Below, in pieces: positions 6,350-17,065 of a DNA stretch of 46,571 nt. The stretch spans positions 1-46,571 of the forward strand of contig JADHUQ010000001.1 of the NCBI GenBank assembly GCA_016784425.1, given 5' to 3'. A program made the position numbers and the translations under genes. The notes beneath the pieces are model-generated. The model made no database searches. It saw nothing but the letters and a program-made list of their open reading frames with translations, and was not told where the DNA came from. The stretch is from Candidatus Delongbacteria bacterium. GTDB lineage: Bacteria > CAIWAD01 > BS150m-G50. Each line of letters starts with the position of its first letter. Position 1 is the first letter of the stretch.

Positions 6350-9043
6350 ATGAGTAGAGACAAACTGTTCCTCGTTGACGGTTCCAACCTGCTCTTTCGC
6401 TCCTTCTTCGCAACGCAACGCCTGCAACTACAAACGGGTGATGGTGTACAGATCGGGGCAGTCTATCAGTTCATGGCGTCTCTGCTGAGACTACTGGAAG
6501 AAGAGCAACCCCGGCGGCTGGCCGTCTTTTTTGACACCCCACAACCGACCTTCCGCCATGAACTGTTTCCAGAGTATAAAGCCAACCGCTCCGAGACCCC
6601 TCCCGAATTGATAGAGCAGATGCGGTTACTGGATGATCTCCTGGAACTGATGCAGGTCAGCGTGATCAGGGTTCCCGGCCTGGAAGCGGATGATCTGATG
6701 GGGGCTTATGCCGTACGTGGTGCCGAAACCGGATACGACTCCATTATCTTCACTTCCGACAAGGATATGCTGCAGGCGGTCAATGATCATGTTTTCATCT
6801 GCAGTCCCGTTGGTGGTGGTAAGCTGGAGCGGTTGGACCGCGCCGGTGTACAGGAGAAGTTCGGGGTAGCGCCGGAGCTGGTTCCTGATGTGCTGGGGCT
6901 ACAGGGGGACAGCGTTGACAATATTCCGGGAGTACCCCGGGTGGGGGCGAAGACGGCCCGACAGCTGGTCAGCGAACTCGGCAATCTGGAAGAGATCTAC
7001 ACCAGACTTGAACAGGTACCGAAACCCTCGATTCGCAAATCGCTGGAAGAAAACCGTGAACTGGCCTTTTTCTGCCGCGAACTGGCTACTCTCAAAACCG
7101 ACATCGAGCTCCCAATCGACCTGGAAGCACTGCAATTGCCCGACCTGCAGAGTGATCAGGTAGTAGCTGAACTGCGTCGCCTTGGTTTCGACACACTTCT
7201 TAAATACTTGCGACCTGTCACGGCTGAACTGGAGCAGGTGTATCACACCGTCACGACCGGTGCAGAGTTGGAAGCGCTGTGTGAAAAACTGATGACGGCC
7301 GCGGAATTCGCCTTTGATCTGGAGACAACATCCCTCAATCCACTGGTCGCTGAGATAGTCGGATTCTCTTTCGCTCTGCGGGAGGGGGAGGCCTGGTATG
7401 TGCCGGCTGATCTCGGGGCAGGGCATGGTGCCCTGTTCAGTGGCAGCGAGCTATCCCTGATCCTGGACTGCTTACGTGCACCCCTCGAGAATGGTGATAT
7501 CCTCAAGATAGGTCAGAATGCAAAGTATGATATGCATGTGCTGCGCAACTACGATATCGTAGTAAAAGGAGTGCAGTTTGACACCATGATCGCCTCTTTT
7601 CTGCTTAATCCATCGCAGCGTCAGCATAACCTGGATGCACTCAGCCTGCAGTACCTCAACTATGTCAAGGTTCCTACCAGTGATCTCATCGGTAAAGGTA
7701 ACAAGCAGATCTCCATGCGGGAGGTACCACTCGAGCAGATAGCGTTCTATGCTTGTGAAGATGCCGACATGACACTGCGGCTGAAGCATATCTTTGCCCG
7801 CAAGCTGGAGGAAGCAGGCTTGAGCCAACTGCAAAGCGAATTGGAAATACCGGTGCTGCATGTACTGCTGGAAATGGAGCGGCAGGGGGTGAGGTTGGAT
7901 GAAGACTGGCTCGAGACATTGTCTCACCGGTATAATGAGCGACTGGCAGAGCTGGAGCAGGAAATTCACGCTATGGCCGGCATTGAATTCAACATCAATT
8001 CACCACGCCAGTTGGGCGAAATCCTGTTTGATAAGTTGCAGCTGCCGCACGGGAAAAAGGGCAAGACCGGTTATTCCACCGATGTGTCGGTTCTGGAGAA
8101 ACTCGCCCACCTCGACCCGCTCCCCGGGAGAGTGTTGTCACACCGGCGTTTGAGTAAATTGCTTAACACTTATATCGCCCCCTATTTCGAATTACGTAAT
8201 CGGGAGACCGGTCGCATCCACACCAGCTTTAACCAGACAGTTGCAGCCACCGGCAGGCTGTCCTCCTCCGATCCTAACCTGCAGAATATACCCATCCGGA
8301 CCGAGGAGGGGCGGGAGCTACGACGTGCCTTTGTCTCACGTGATTCGGATCACCGCCTGTTGGCGGCGGACTACTCGCAGATAGAGTTACGTCTTTTTGC
8401 CCACCTGGCTCAAGATGAAGAGCTGATTCGAGCTTTTCAGGAGGGGGAGGATATTCACCGGGCTACAGCTGCGATCGTGTTCAATCTGCTTCCCTCAGAA
8501 GTGACGGATGATCTGCGAAGAGAAGCCAAAGTCATTAACTTTGGCATCATGTACGGTATGGGCTCATTCGGCCTGGCCGAGGAGCTCGCCATTTCTCGTC
8601 CGGATGCACAGCGCTTCATCGACGATTACTTTGATCGCTTTCCGGCAATCAGGAGTTTTGTGGAGAACACCATCGCCACAGCTCGGGAACAAGGTTATGT
8701 CGAAACCATTTTCAAACGTCGCCGTTACCTGCCCGAGATTAACAGCAGTAATCACAACCTGCGCAACTATGCCGAAAGAGCGGCAGTAAACTCAGTAGTG
8801 CAGGGTAGTGCGGCCGATCTCATTAAGGTTGCCATGATCCGGCTGTACCAGCGGTGGCAGAGTGACGCACCGGAGCTGAATATGATTCTCCAGGTGCATG
8901 ACGAACTGGTTTTCGATGTGCCGCGCGGCCAGGTTGATTTTTACACCGAGATCATCCGTCAGGAAATGGAGCAAGCCGTCGTACTGAGCGTCCCGGTTAC
9001 AGTGGATATCGGCCAGGGTGACAACTGGCTGGAAGCCCATTAG
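6350..9043 (+). CDS. polA: DNA polymerase I (5'-3' exonuclease, 3'-5' exonuclease and polymerase domains)
   Basis: 897 aa. It has an N-terminal FEN-like domain (LFLVDGSNLLFRSFF), the ExoI motif FDLETTSL, and polymerase motifs DYSQIELR, RREAKVINFGIMYG and QVHDELVF. Confidence 0.97.
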   Translation: MSRDKLFLVDGSNLLFRSFFATQRLQLQTGDGVQIGAVYQFMASLLRLLEEEQPRRLAVFFDTPQPTFRHELFPEYKANRSETPPELIEQMRLLDDLLELMQVSVIRVPGLEADDLMGAYAVRGAETGYDSIIFTSDKDMLQAVNDHVFICSPVGGGKLERLDRAGVQEKFGVAPELVPDVLGLQGDSVDNIPGVPRVGAKTARQLVSELGNLEEIYTRLEQVPKPSIRKSLEENRELAFFCRELATLKTDIELPIDLEALQLPDLQSDQVVAELRRLGFDTLLKYLRPVTAELEQVYHTVTTGAELEALCEKLMTAAEFAFDLETTSLNPLVAEIVGFSFALREGEAWYVPADLGAGHGALFSGSELSLILDCLRAPLENGDILKIGQNAKYDMHVLRNYDIVVKGVQFDTMIASFLLNPSQRQHNLDALSLQYLNYVKVPTSDLIGKGNKQISMREVPLEQIAFYACEDADMTLRLKHIFARKLEEAGLSQLQSELEIPVLHVLLEMERQGVRLDEDWLETLSHRYNERLAELEQEIHAMAGIEFNINSPRQLGEILFDKLQLPHGKKGKTGYSTDVSVLEKLAHLDPLPGRVLSHRRLSKLLNTYIAPYFELRNRETGRIHTSFNQTVAATGRLSSSDPNLQNIPIRTEEGRELRRAFVSRDSDHRLLAADYSQIELRLFAHLAQDEELIRAFQEGEDIHRATAAIVFNLLPSEVTDDLRREAKVINFGIMYGMGSFGLAEELAISRPDAQRFIDDYFDRFPAIRSFVENTIATAREQGYVETIFKRRRYLPEINSSNHNLRNYAERAAVNSVVQGSAADLIKVAMIRLYQRWQSDAPELNMILQVHDELVFDVPRGQVDFYTEIIRQEMEQAVVLSVPVTVDIGQGDNWLEAH

Positions 9044-9078
9044 CGAGTGCGTGATACTCGAATAACAGGAAGTTTAAC

Positions 9079-10311
9079 ATGAACATGTATCTAGTAATCA
9101 TTCTTGCAGCTCTGGCGGGGGAGTGGCTGTTAAACAGCCTGGCGCGTTACCTTAACCTGAGAGCACTCGATCCCCGGCTTCCCCATGAATTTGAGGGGGA
9201 ATGCGACACCGACAAATACAGAGTAGCCCAGGAGTATACCCGCACTAATACTCGCTTTAAGCAAGTTGTGGCAACAATCCAAGTAGTGATCATGGCGGGA
9301 TTTATCCTGCTGGGAGGATTCAACTGGGTAGACCTGATGGTCCGAGCTCGACAATTACCGGAAATTTGGACAGGTCTTCTCTTTTTTGGTGTACTGTTCC
9401 TGTTGAGCGAGATCGTCTCGCTGCCTTTCAGTATCTATCAGCTGTTTGTGATCGAAGAAAAATACGGTTTCAATCGAACTACTCCCGGTACCTTTGTGCT
9501 GGATAAACTCAAGAGTTACCTCCTGACAGTGATTCTGGGGGGACCGCTGCTGGCGGGAATTCTAGCCTTTTTCACCTTTGCGGGTCCGTTTGGGTGGCTG
9601 TGGGCCTGGGGTGTATTAACACTTTTCATCATTGTCATCCCCACCCTGTATATCCTGGTGATCGCTCCAATGTTCAACAAGTTCAAACCTCTGGCAGAGG
9701 GGGAATTGAAAGAGGCAATCATCAGTTTCGCTGGAAAGGTCAATTTCCGTCTGCGTACCATATTTGTGGTTGATGGTTCCCGCCGCTCAAGCAAAGCCAA
9801 CGCCTACTTCACCGGACTGGGGCGTATCAAACGAATAGTCCTATTCGATACTCTGGTCGAAAAACACACGGTTGAGGAACTTGTCTCGGTGTTGGCGCAC
9901 GAGGTGGGGCACTATCGATTGAAACATGTAGCAAAACGAATGGTTCTACAAGTGATGCAAACCGGCTTGATGTTCTATCTCCTGTCACTCTTTCTCGGTA
10001 ATGAAGGAGTCTTCGCCGCTTTCAGCATGCAGCACATATCCGTATATCCAGCGTTGCTATTTTTCTCTCTGCTGTACACCCCTGTTAGTATGCTGTTGAA
10101 TCCGGGCATGATGGCCATTAGTCGTAAACATGAATATGACGCCGACGCCTGGGCAGCTAAGTCGATCGGTTCCGGTGATCCCCTGATCTCAGGTCTGAAG
10201 AGACTCGCGGTGGAAAACATGAGTAACCTGACGCCACATCCGCTGGAAGTAGCATTACACTACAGTCATCCTCCAGTCCTGCAGCGGATCCATGCTCTGC
10301 GCCGGTCGTAG
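9079..10311 (+). CDS. M48 family zinc metalloprotease, Ste24/CAAX-prenyl-protease-like
   Basis: Multi-pass membrane N-terminal domain, the HEVGH zinc motif (LAHEVGHYRLKH) and a downstream E..AD motif (HEYDADAWA). Confidence 0.88.
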   Translation: MNMYLVIILAALAGEWLLNSLARYLNLRALDPRLPHEFEGECDTDKYRVAQEYTRTNTRFKQVVATIQVVIMAGFILLGGFNWVDLMVRARQLPEIWTGLLFFGVLFLLSEIVSLPFSIYQLFVIEEKYGFNRTTPGTFVLDKLKSYLLTVILGGPLLAGILAFFTFAGPFGWLWAWGVLTLFIIVIPTLYILVIAPMFNKFKPLAEGELKEAIISFAGKVNFRLRTIFVVDGSRRSSKANAYFTGLGRIKRIVLFDTLVEKHTVEELVSVLAHEVGHYRLKHVAKRMVLQVMQTGLMFYLLSLFLGNEGVFAAFSMQHISVYPALLFFSLLYTPVSMLLNPGMMAISRKHEYDADAWAAKSIGSGDPLISGLKRLAVENMSNLTPHPLEVALHYSHPPVLQRIHALRRS

Positions 10312-10313
10312 AA

Positions 10314-11660
10314 TTACTTGCCGATACAGAACCGGCTGAAAATGCCGTCCAGGACCTCCTCAATATCGAATGAACCATCGATACTGCCAATCGCCTCGGC
10401 GGCATCCCGCAGGAAGATCACTACCAGACTGTGATCAACACCGGCACTCAGTTCCCGTTTTACTTCAAGCAGGTGTTGACGAGCCTGTTGCAGTAATTGA
10501 TAGTGGCGCAGGTTGGTCAGCAGCACCTCGTCCCCCGGTAAACCTTCGCCACCAGTCAGGGTTTCATAGAGAGTCGCCAGCAACTCTTCAATACCGGTTC
10601 CGGTAGCTGCAGAGATAGCCAATTGACCCGCTGGAACTGTAAATTGAGGATTCAGATCATATTTGTTCCAGACCTGCAGGACCGACACAGCAGGCGAAAT
10701 CAGTTCAGTAGCTGCAGCGTCCGGCAGTTCAGCCTGGCAATCCTGTAGATGTATCACGACATCAGCGCTCTGGATGGCACGCTGTGAACGAGCGATACCC
10801 TCCTGTTCGACAGCGTCAGTTGTATCACGCAACCCGGCCGTATCCCAAAGCGTAACCAGAATTCCCTGGATATCGATAGCGGCACTGACGGCGTCACGGG
10901 TGGTTCCCGATTCCGGTGTAACGATAACTCGATCTTCCCGCAGCAAGCGGTTCATCAGGGTAGATTTGCCAACATTGGGTGGACCGGTGATGACCACCTG
11001 GGCGCCACGTGCCAGGCGACCCAGGCGATAGCTGGCCAGCAACTCCTCCTGTGACCGGATGATTATATTAACACGCTGTCTTAGCTCGCCTGCTGGTGTG
11101 TGTGTGATTTCCTCCTCGGAGAAGTCAAGTTCCGCCTCCAGGAGGGCATAGAGGTCGATGATCTGCTGACGCATCTGGCGCAGCAAATCATACAACCGGC
11201 CATTCAACTGGATCAGCGCGTTGCGATGAGAAAACGCCGTGGTGGCGTTGATCAGAGCTTCTACACTCTCAGCTCCAGTCAGGTCAAGTTTGTCATTCAG
11301 GAAAGCCCTCCGGGTAAATTCACCCGGTGTTGCAGGTCTGGCCCCCAGGTCGCAACAGGCCTTCAGCAACTGCTCGACGATATATGTGGAACCATGGCAG
11401 GAAATCTCAACCAGATCCTCCCCCGTGTAACTGTGGGGCTGCCGGTAACGGGTGATGATTACCTCGTCCAGCTGCCCGCTGGCCGGGGTGGTTATCAGGC
11501 CGGTGACAGCATTGGCAGGGGGACGTTGCAGCAGTTCGTCGGCGCGATCGAAAAGAGCGGTCACAATCTGATAAGCCGTGGAACCGCTCAGTCGCACCAG
11601 CGCGATAGCAGCGCGGCCGGGGTGGGTGGAGAGTGCTACAATAGTCGAAAAATCAAGCAT
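10314..11660 (-). CDS. mnmE: tRNA uridine-5-carboxymethylaminomethyl(34) synthesis GTPase MnmE
   Basis: G-domain motifs GPPNVGKST and DTAGLR, N-terminal tetrahydrofolate-binding domain, and the diagnostic C-terminal CIGK. Confidence 0.97.
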   Translation of the reverse strand: MLDFSTIVALSTHPGRAAIALVRLSGSTAYQIVTALFDRADELLQRPPANAVTGLITTPASGQLDEVIITRYRQPHSYTGEDLVEISCHGSTYIVEQLLKACCDLGARPATPGEFTRRAFLNDKLDLTGAESVEALINATTAFSHRNALIQLNGRLYDLLRQMRQQIIDLYALLEAELDFSEEEITHTPAGELRQRVNIIIRSQEELLASYRLGRLARGAQVVITGPPNVGKSTLMNRLLREDRVIVTPESGTTRDAVSAAIDIQGILVTLWDTAGLRDTTDAVEQEGIARSQRAIQSADVVIHLQDCQAELPDAAATELISPAVSVLQVWNKYDLNPQFTVPAGQLAISAATGTGIEELLATLYETLTGGEGLPGDEVLLTNLRHYQLLQQARQHLLEVKRELSAGVDHSLVVIFLRDAAEAIGSIDGSFDIEEVLDGIFSRFCIGK

Positions 11661-11781
11661 GCTGTCCGTTCCCGGGAAATTACGAAGCCCATTCTCAGCG
11701 TAAGTTTATACCTGCCAGGCGACAGATGAAATCACAAAACCGCCCAGCAGGGGTTATCCTGCGGCAATTATGTAAAAGCGA

Positions 11782-11810
11782 TTGATATATACCAGCGGCA
11801 GCCTTATTCT
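11782..11810 (+). promoter_or_regulatory. candidate sigma70-type promoter for the lhgO operon
   Basis: TTGATA (11782-11787), a 17-nt spacer, then TATTCT (11805-11810). Confidence 0.4.
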
Positions 11811-11957
11811 AGCGTCAGACAGCTGTGGGCTCATGAAGGGCTGTTCCCTTCAGAATAAGTGTCTTTCAGGAGATGCCTTGCGGTAAACTGTTGCCAGAAC
11901 CCGGTTAGGTGCACGAACTCATGAAGAAAGTACTACTCACAACAAGGAACCATACCG

Positions 11958-13214
11958 GTGCGCTATGATGTTACTATCATTGGTGGAGGAATCGTCGGGC
12001 TGGCAACAGCCCTGGCGCTCACCGAACGGTACAGTGCCGATCTTTTGGTGATTGAAGCCGAAAACAGGCTGGCAGCGCACCAGACCGGTAACAACAGCGG
12101 TGTGATACATTCAGGTCTCTATTACCGGCCGGGATCGTTAAAAGCGCGTAATTGTGTCACAGGCGCTACAGCACTCTTTCACTTTTGTGAGGAGAATGAC
12201 ATCCCCGTTGAACGCTGTGGTAAACTGGTTGTCGCCACCCACCGCTCAGAATTGCCAGCCCTGGAAGAATTGGAGCGTCGCGGTCTCGCCAACGGTCTGC
12301 AGGGTTTGCGTCGCCTTACCAGTGGGCAGCTGCAAGAAATTGAACCGCATGTCAACGGTGTTGCCGGGCTGGAAGTCCCCGCTACCGGTATCGTCAATTT
12401 CCGCCAGGTGGCGGATGCCATCGGGAGGCGTGTAGAAGAGATGGGTGTTACCATCAGAACGGCGGCACGATTGCTGCGGTGTACACCTTCAAGTTCCGGG
12501 CTGGAGCTGGAAACAGCAACTGGCACTTTTACCACAAGTAACCTTATCAATTGCGCCGGTCTGCAGTCGGATCGGGTCGCACGCCTCTGTGGGGTCGATC
12601 CTGCCGTGCAGATTGTGCCGTTCCGGGGGGAGTACTATAAACTGGCGCCAGCCTGTCGTGATCTGGTACGCAACCTCATTTATCCGGTACCCGATCCCCG
12701 CTTTCCATTTCTGGGTGTTCACTTTACCCGTATGATCGACGGTAGCCGGGAGGCTGGTCCCAATGCAGTTCTGGCCTTGAAACGAGAGGGCTATAACCGC
12801 TATAGCATTTCGCTACGTGATACACTCGAGGTCGTTTCGACAGCAGCGTTCTGGCGCATGACGTCGAAGTACTGGCGTATCGGATTGGGCGAGCTGTATC
12901 GTTCCTGGAATAAGGCCGCCTTTGTAAAAGCGTTACAGCGGCTCATTCCTGAGATTACGGCGGAAGACCTGGTGCCCGGTGGCGCCGGTGTGCGTGCACA
13001 GGCGCTGGATGAAAGCGGGAACTTACTGGACGATTTTCGACTGGTTGAAGCCGAACGAATGCTGCATGTACTCAACGCACCCTCCCCGGCCGCCACAGCG
13101 TCACTCAGTATTGGCGGTGAGCTGGCAACACTTGCCGGCCGCAGTTTTTCATTGGGGGAAAAGCAGAACAGTACGGCACCCCGGCAACCGGACAGGAACA
13201 CAAAAAGGGGTTAA
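11958..13214 (+). CDS. lhgO: L-2-hydroxyglutarate oxidase/dehydrogenase (FAD-dependent)
   Basis: YDVTIIGGGIVGLA dinucleotide fold and HQTGNNSGVIHSGLYYRPGSLKA, typical of LhgO/L2HGDH. GTG start. Confidence 0.88.
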   Translation: MRYDVTIIGGGIVGLATALALTERYSADLLVIEAENRLAAHQTGNNSGVIHSGLYYRPGSLKARNCVTGATALFHFCEENDIPVERCGKLVVATHRSELPALEELERRGLANGLQGLRRLTSGQLQEIEPHVNGVAGLEVPATGIVNFRQVADAIGRRVEEMGVTIRTAARLLRCTPSSSGLELETATGTFTTSNLINCAGLQSDRVARLCGVDPAVQIVPFRGEYYKLAPACRDLVRNLIYPVPDPRFPFLGVHFTRMIDGSREAGPNAVLALKREGYNRYSISLRDTLEVVSTAAFWRMTSKYWRIGLGELYRSWNKAAFVKALQRLIPEITAEDLVPGGAGVRAQALDESGNLLDDFRLVEAERMLHVLNAPSPAATASLSIGGELATLAGRSFSLGEKQNSTAPRQPDRNTKRG

Positions 13215-13229
13215 GGCGGGAGTTCAGAT

Positions 13230-13646
13230 ATGGTACATGGAGAAGTTATCCACCTGGAAACACAGGGATTTTCTGATCTGGTAGATGTGACACATGAGGT
13301 GCAGCAGGTGATCGATCGTAGCGGTGCAACCTGCGGGATCGTCAATCTTTTTATCATCGGATCAACCGCCTCGATAAGTACAATTGAGTTTGAGCCGGCC
13401 TTGAATGCAGATATTCGGGCCAAGCTGGAGCAGTTGGTTCCCAGTAACGAGCCCAGCCGACACTCCGCCACCTGGGGTGACGACAACGGCTTCTCCCATA
13501 TGCGGGCGACCTTGATGGGGCCGGGCATCAATGTTCCTTTTGCTGAAGGCAGGCTGATTCTGGGTACCTGGCAACAAATTGTCGTAATCGATCATGATAA
13601 CCGGCCAAGATCACGCCAGTTGCATGTACAGGTTCTGGGTGAGTAA
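13230..13646 (+). CDS. yjbQ: YjbQ/UPF0047 family protein (secondary thiamine-phosphate synthase)
   Basis: 138 aa with family-typical segments HSATWGDDNGFSHMRATLMGP and LGTWQQIVVIDHDNRPRSR. Confidence 0.88.
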   Translation: MVHGEVIHLETQGFSDLVDVTHEVQQVIDRSGATCGIVNLFIIGSTASISTIEFEPALNADIRAKLEQLVPSNEPSRHSATWGDDNGFSHMRATLMGPGINVPFAEGRLILGTWQQIVVIDHDNRPRSRQLHVQVLGE

Positions 13647-13664
13647 ACGGTACAGGGGAGGAGA

Positions 13665-14084
13665 ATGACTAAGAACTGGCTGTTGCCGACATTAATTGCG
13701 ACGCTCTGCTGGGGTTTATGGGGCTTTTTCGGCAAATTCGCCGCACGGGAAGTCAACGAAAACAGTCTGGTCCTGCTCGGGATTATCGGCGCTCTGGTAG
13801 TATATCCCATCTACATTGCATTGTATCACGGGAATTTCATGTTCAGCTGGAGAGAGCCCCACTACTACCTGGCACTTCTGGCGGGAGTGGCTGGTGGACT
13901 GGGGACCCTCTTCTTTTTCATGGCGCTGGCACGAGGCGAGGCGTCACGCGTAGTGGTTATCTCAGCACTGTATCCGGTGGTAACAGTCCTGTTGTCACTG
14001 CTGCTGCTGGGCGAGCTGGTTACTCTGAAAAAGATCGCCGGTGTTTTGCTGGCATTGGGCGGCATCGTGCTGTTGGCGGGCTAG
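13665..14084 (+). CDS. small DMT-superfamily membrane protein (single EamA domain)
   Basis: 139 aa with about five hydrophobic helices and an EamA-like C-terminal GELVTLKKIAGVLLALGGIVLL. Confidence 0.75.
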   Translation: MTKNWLLPTLIATLCWGLWGFFGKFAAREVNENSLVLLGIIGALVVYPIYIALYHGNFMFSWREPHYYLALLAGVAGGLGTLFFFMALARGEASRVVVISALYPVVTVLLSLLLLGELVTLKKIAGVLLALGGIVLLAG

Positions 14085-14657
14085 ATGAAGAAAGCAGCAA
14101 GCCAGCGATCACTATATGAGGTTGAAGGTATCGGCACCGTGCGTGTCGTCCGGAACAGGGCTTCACGCACCGTTTCATTATCGATCAGCAGTCATGGTTT
14201 AAGGGTAACCTGCCCCCGTTGGGTACCACTTAGAGATGTGCTCGGTTTCGTCAGGCAACGTAAACCCTGGATCGAGGAGCAGGCTGAAAGTATCGCGCGT
14301 AAAGGCGCAGGACTGTTGGCACGCGGTATCAACTATGATGCGATCGATCCTCGGGAAGCACGGCTACTATTGGTGACACGTTTGCGAGACCTTGCAAAGC
14401 TGCATGATTTCAGCTGGAGGCGCATTAGCATCCGTAACCAGCGCGCCAGATGGGGAAGCTGTTCCGTAAAAGGGGACATCAGCCTCAACCGCAAACTGGC
14501 AGCCCTGCCGGAGGAGCTGAGGGATTATGTGATACTCCATGAACTGCTCCATACCCGTATTCGGGATCACAGTTCCCATTTCTGGGACGAGCTGGCGCTG
14601 CTGGTGGAGGATTACCGGCGCCTGCGTGCGGAACTCAGGCAATATGGTCCCTTCTGA
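14085..14657 (+). CDS. YgjP-like (DUF45) M48-related metal-dependent hydrolase
   Basis: WGSCS....ISLN..L..LP....DYVILHELLHTRIRDHSSHFW is the DUF45 signature with an HExxH-like HELLH. Its ATG directly abuts the stop of the preceding gene. Confidence 0.85.
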   Translation: MKKAASQRSLYEVEGIGTVRVVRNRASRTVSLSISSHGLRVTCPRWVPLRDVLGFVRQRKPWIEEQAESIARKGAGLLARGINYDAIDPREARLLLVTRLRDLAKLHDFSWRRISIRNQRARWGSCSVKGDISLNRKLAALPEELRDYVILHELLHTRIRDHSSHFWDELALLVEDYRRLRAELRQYGPF

Positions 14658-14778
14658 GATCGGATAAGTGTACGAACCACTCATAAACTGCGTTGAAGTT
14701 ACCGCAGGTGGGCCGGCAGCTCCCGCTTGTTTGTCACTCCCTTAAGCAATATCTTTCACCAAAAGGGGAGGTATGCGA

Positions 14779-16077
14779 ATGCGATGTCATTTTACTCTGC
14801 TGTCTCTGGCCGCACTACTGATCCTGCTCCCCGCTACCTTTGCGCTTCAACACAAAACCACCGGATTGATACACACGATTGAAATCTCCAGCGCGATAAC
14901 TCCGGTTACAGCGGAATTCGTGGAACAGGCGGTGGAGGACGCAACCGCGGCGCAGGCTGAATGTCTCGTGATACAACTGGACACCCCGGGTGGTTTGATG
15001 AAATCAATGCGGTCCGTGATCAAGGCCATCATGGCCTCAGGTGTGCCGGTGGTGGTTTATGTTGCGCCCGGTGGTGCCCAGTGCGCTTCAGCAGGAGTGT
15101 TTATCGCGTTCTCGGCACATGTGGCCGCCATGGCACCGGGCACGAATATTGGCGCAGCGCACCCGGTAAGCCTGGGGCAGCAACCGGACTCCAGTGGAGT
15201 GATGCTGGAGAAAGTAACCAATGATGCGGTCGCCTACATCAGGAGCCTGGCTGAAAAGAGAAAGCGAAACGCCGACTGGGCGGAGGAAGCGGTACGGGAG
15301 AGTGTCTCCATTACTGAAACAGAAGCTCTCGAGTTGAAAGTAATCGACCTGGTGAGCGTCAGTCTGGACAGTCTGCTGGCTGAGATCGATGGCATGGAAA
15401 TCGACACCGTCTTGGGAAAACGGCAGCTTCACACCGCCACTGCAGAAATAGAGCTGCGGGTAATGGATTGGCGCATGCGCTTGCTGGAGGTAATCACCGA
15501 CCCCAACATCGCTTATATTTTGCTGTTGATCGGTATCTACGGCATTTTCTTTGAGCTATACAATCCCGGCGTCATCCTGCCCGGTGTGGTGGGGGGGATC
15601 AGTCTGATCCTCGGATTCTACGCTTTGCAGATGTTGCCGGTTAACTATGCCGGTCTGGGGTTGATTCTCTTCGGCATCATTCTCTTCATTGCGGAGATAA
15701 AAGTCACCAGCTTCGGACTGCTCAGCGTGGGCGGCACTTTATCGCTTCTGATGGGTTCGATCATGCTGATAGATTCTACGGAGGAGTTCATGCAGATATC
15801 CTGGTCGGTGATTATCCCGGGCGTGCTCTTTACAGCGCTATTTTTCATGGTTGCAATCGGTCTGGGAATCAAAGCACAGCGGCGACGCCGGGTGTCCGGA
15901 ACCGAAGGCATGATCGGCGAAATCGGCCGGGCACACACAGAGATCGCCCCCGAGGGGACTGTATCAATCCGCGGTGAATTCTGGTCCGCTGTCAGTAACG
16001 AACCGATTCCGGCCGGTAGCAAGGTCAGAGTTCTGGAGGTGGAAAAACTGGAACTGAAGGTTGTGATACACTCATGA
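14779..16077 (+). CDS. nfeD: NfeD-family membrane-bound ClpP-class serine protease
   Basis: Signal peptide, a ClpP-like domain (DTPGGLM..., GAQCASAGVFI), a multi-TM middle region and a C-terminal OB-fold NfeD domain (GEFWSAVS...VRVLEVEKLELKV). I preferred the ATG at 14779 because its spacing to GGGGAGG is better than for 14773. Confidence 0.9.
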   Translation: MRCHFTLLSLAALLILLPATFALQHKTTGLIHTIEISSAITPVTAEFVEQAVEDATAAQAECLVIQLDTPGGLMKSMRSVIKAIMASGVPVVVYVAPGGAQCASAGVFIAFSAHVAAMAPGTNIGAAHPVSLGQQPDSSGVMLEKVTNDAVAYIRSLAEKRKRNADWAEEAVRESVSITETEALELKVIDLVSVSLDSLLAEIDGMEIDTVLGKRQLHTATAEIELRVMDWRMRLLEVITDPNIAYILLLIGIYGIFFELYNPGVILPGVVGGISLILGFYALQMLPVNYAGLGLILFGIILFIAEIKVTSFGLLSVGGTLSLLMGSIMLIDSTEEFMQISWSVIIPGVLFTALFFMVAIGLGIKAQRRRRVSGTEGMIGEIGRAHTEIAPEGTVSIRGEFWSAVSNEPIPAGSKVRVLEVEKLELKVVIHS

Positions 16078-16131
16078 TGGCTGTAATACATTAAGCCGCG
16101 CGGATCTTTACCGCGGGGAAGGAGAGCTGAA

Positions 16132-16905
16132 ATGCTGTACTTTATAACACACCCGGGCACCATCCTGGTGGCAATCATTGTTTTGTTTCTTCTGGCAAGT
16201 GCGATCCGCGTGCTGCGGGAGTATGAGCGCGCTGTAGTCTTTCGGCTGGGTCGGCTAATCAATGTCAAAGGTCCCGGACTGATCCTGCTGATTCCTGTCA
16301 TCGATCGTATGGTCCGGATCAGCCTGCGTATGGTGGTGATGGATGTACCACCGCAGGATGTTATCACCCGTGACAACGTATCGGTATCGGTTAATGCTGT
16401 CCTCTATTTTCGGGTGGTCGACGCTTCCAGGGCGGTTGTCGATGTGGAGAATTATCTGATGGCGACATCCCAGTTAGCTCAGACAACACTGCGCAGTATT
16501 CTGGGCCAATCTGAACTGGACGAACTGCTTGCGGAAAGGGATAAGATTAACCTGGAGCTGCAGAAACTGATCGACGCCCAGACCGACCCCTGGGGCATCA
16601 AGGTGTCGATGGTGGAGGTAAAGCATATCGACCTGCCACAGGAGATGCAACGGGCGATGGCCAAACAGGCGGAAGCGGAGCGGGAGCGCCGGGCCAAGGT
16701 GATCGCTGCAGAGGGGGAGTACCAGGCGGCGCAACGCCTGCAGGATGCTGCCACCATTATCTCCACTCACCCGGAAGCGCTGCAGCTGCGCTATCTGCAG
16801 ACTCTGACCGAAGTGGCTTCGGAGAACAATTCAACCCTCATCTTCCCGGTACCGATCGATCTGTTTGCACCGTTTATCAAGAAGCGAGAAGAGATGAACA
16901 CCTAG
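16132..16905 (+). CDS. SPFH/band-7 stomatin-like protein (slipin)
   Basis: N-terminal TM helix followed by [12 protein letters not shown]...[11 protein letters not shown]...[12 protein letters not shown]. This is the classic partner gene of NfeD. Confidence 0.93.
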   Translation: MLYFITHPGTILVAIIVLFLLASAIRVLREYERAVVFRLGRLINVKGPGLILLIPVIDRMVRISLRMVVMDVPPQDVITRDNVSVSVNAVLYFRVVDASRAVVDVENYLMATSQLAQTTLRSILGQSELDELLAERDKINLELQKLIDAQTDPWGIKVSMVEVKHIDLPQEMQRAMAKQAEAERERRAKVIAAEGEYQAAQRLQDAATIISTHPEALQLRYLQTLTEVASENNSTLIFPVPIDLFAPFIKKREEMNT

Positions 16906-16927
16906 CCAATAACTCTTCAGGTCTGAA

Positions 16928-16956
16928 TAAAGGGGCGGTTGTTTCCGTCCTTTTTT
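16928..16956 (+). terminator. rho-independent terminator
   Basis: AAAGGGGCGG-TTGTTT-CCGTCCTTTTTT: a GC-rich stem with one G-U pair, running into a T6 tract. Confidence 0.65.
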
Positions 16957-17065
16957 ATAAATGCGGGTAAAACATCTATCTTGCGCTATTGGGTTCTGAA
17001 ATTTCTCTGTCATCAATTAATATACAGTTATCATTTACCCCCTTCCCCTAGCAAGGAACAGAACT

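Noticed and set aside
15645-16376. 243-aa minus-strand ORF
   Set aside because: It is fully antisense to the nfeD and SPFH genes, which have clear family motifs. It is Arg/Ser/Thr/Pro-rich, as is typical of an antisense frame in GC-rich coding DNA.
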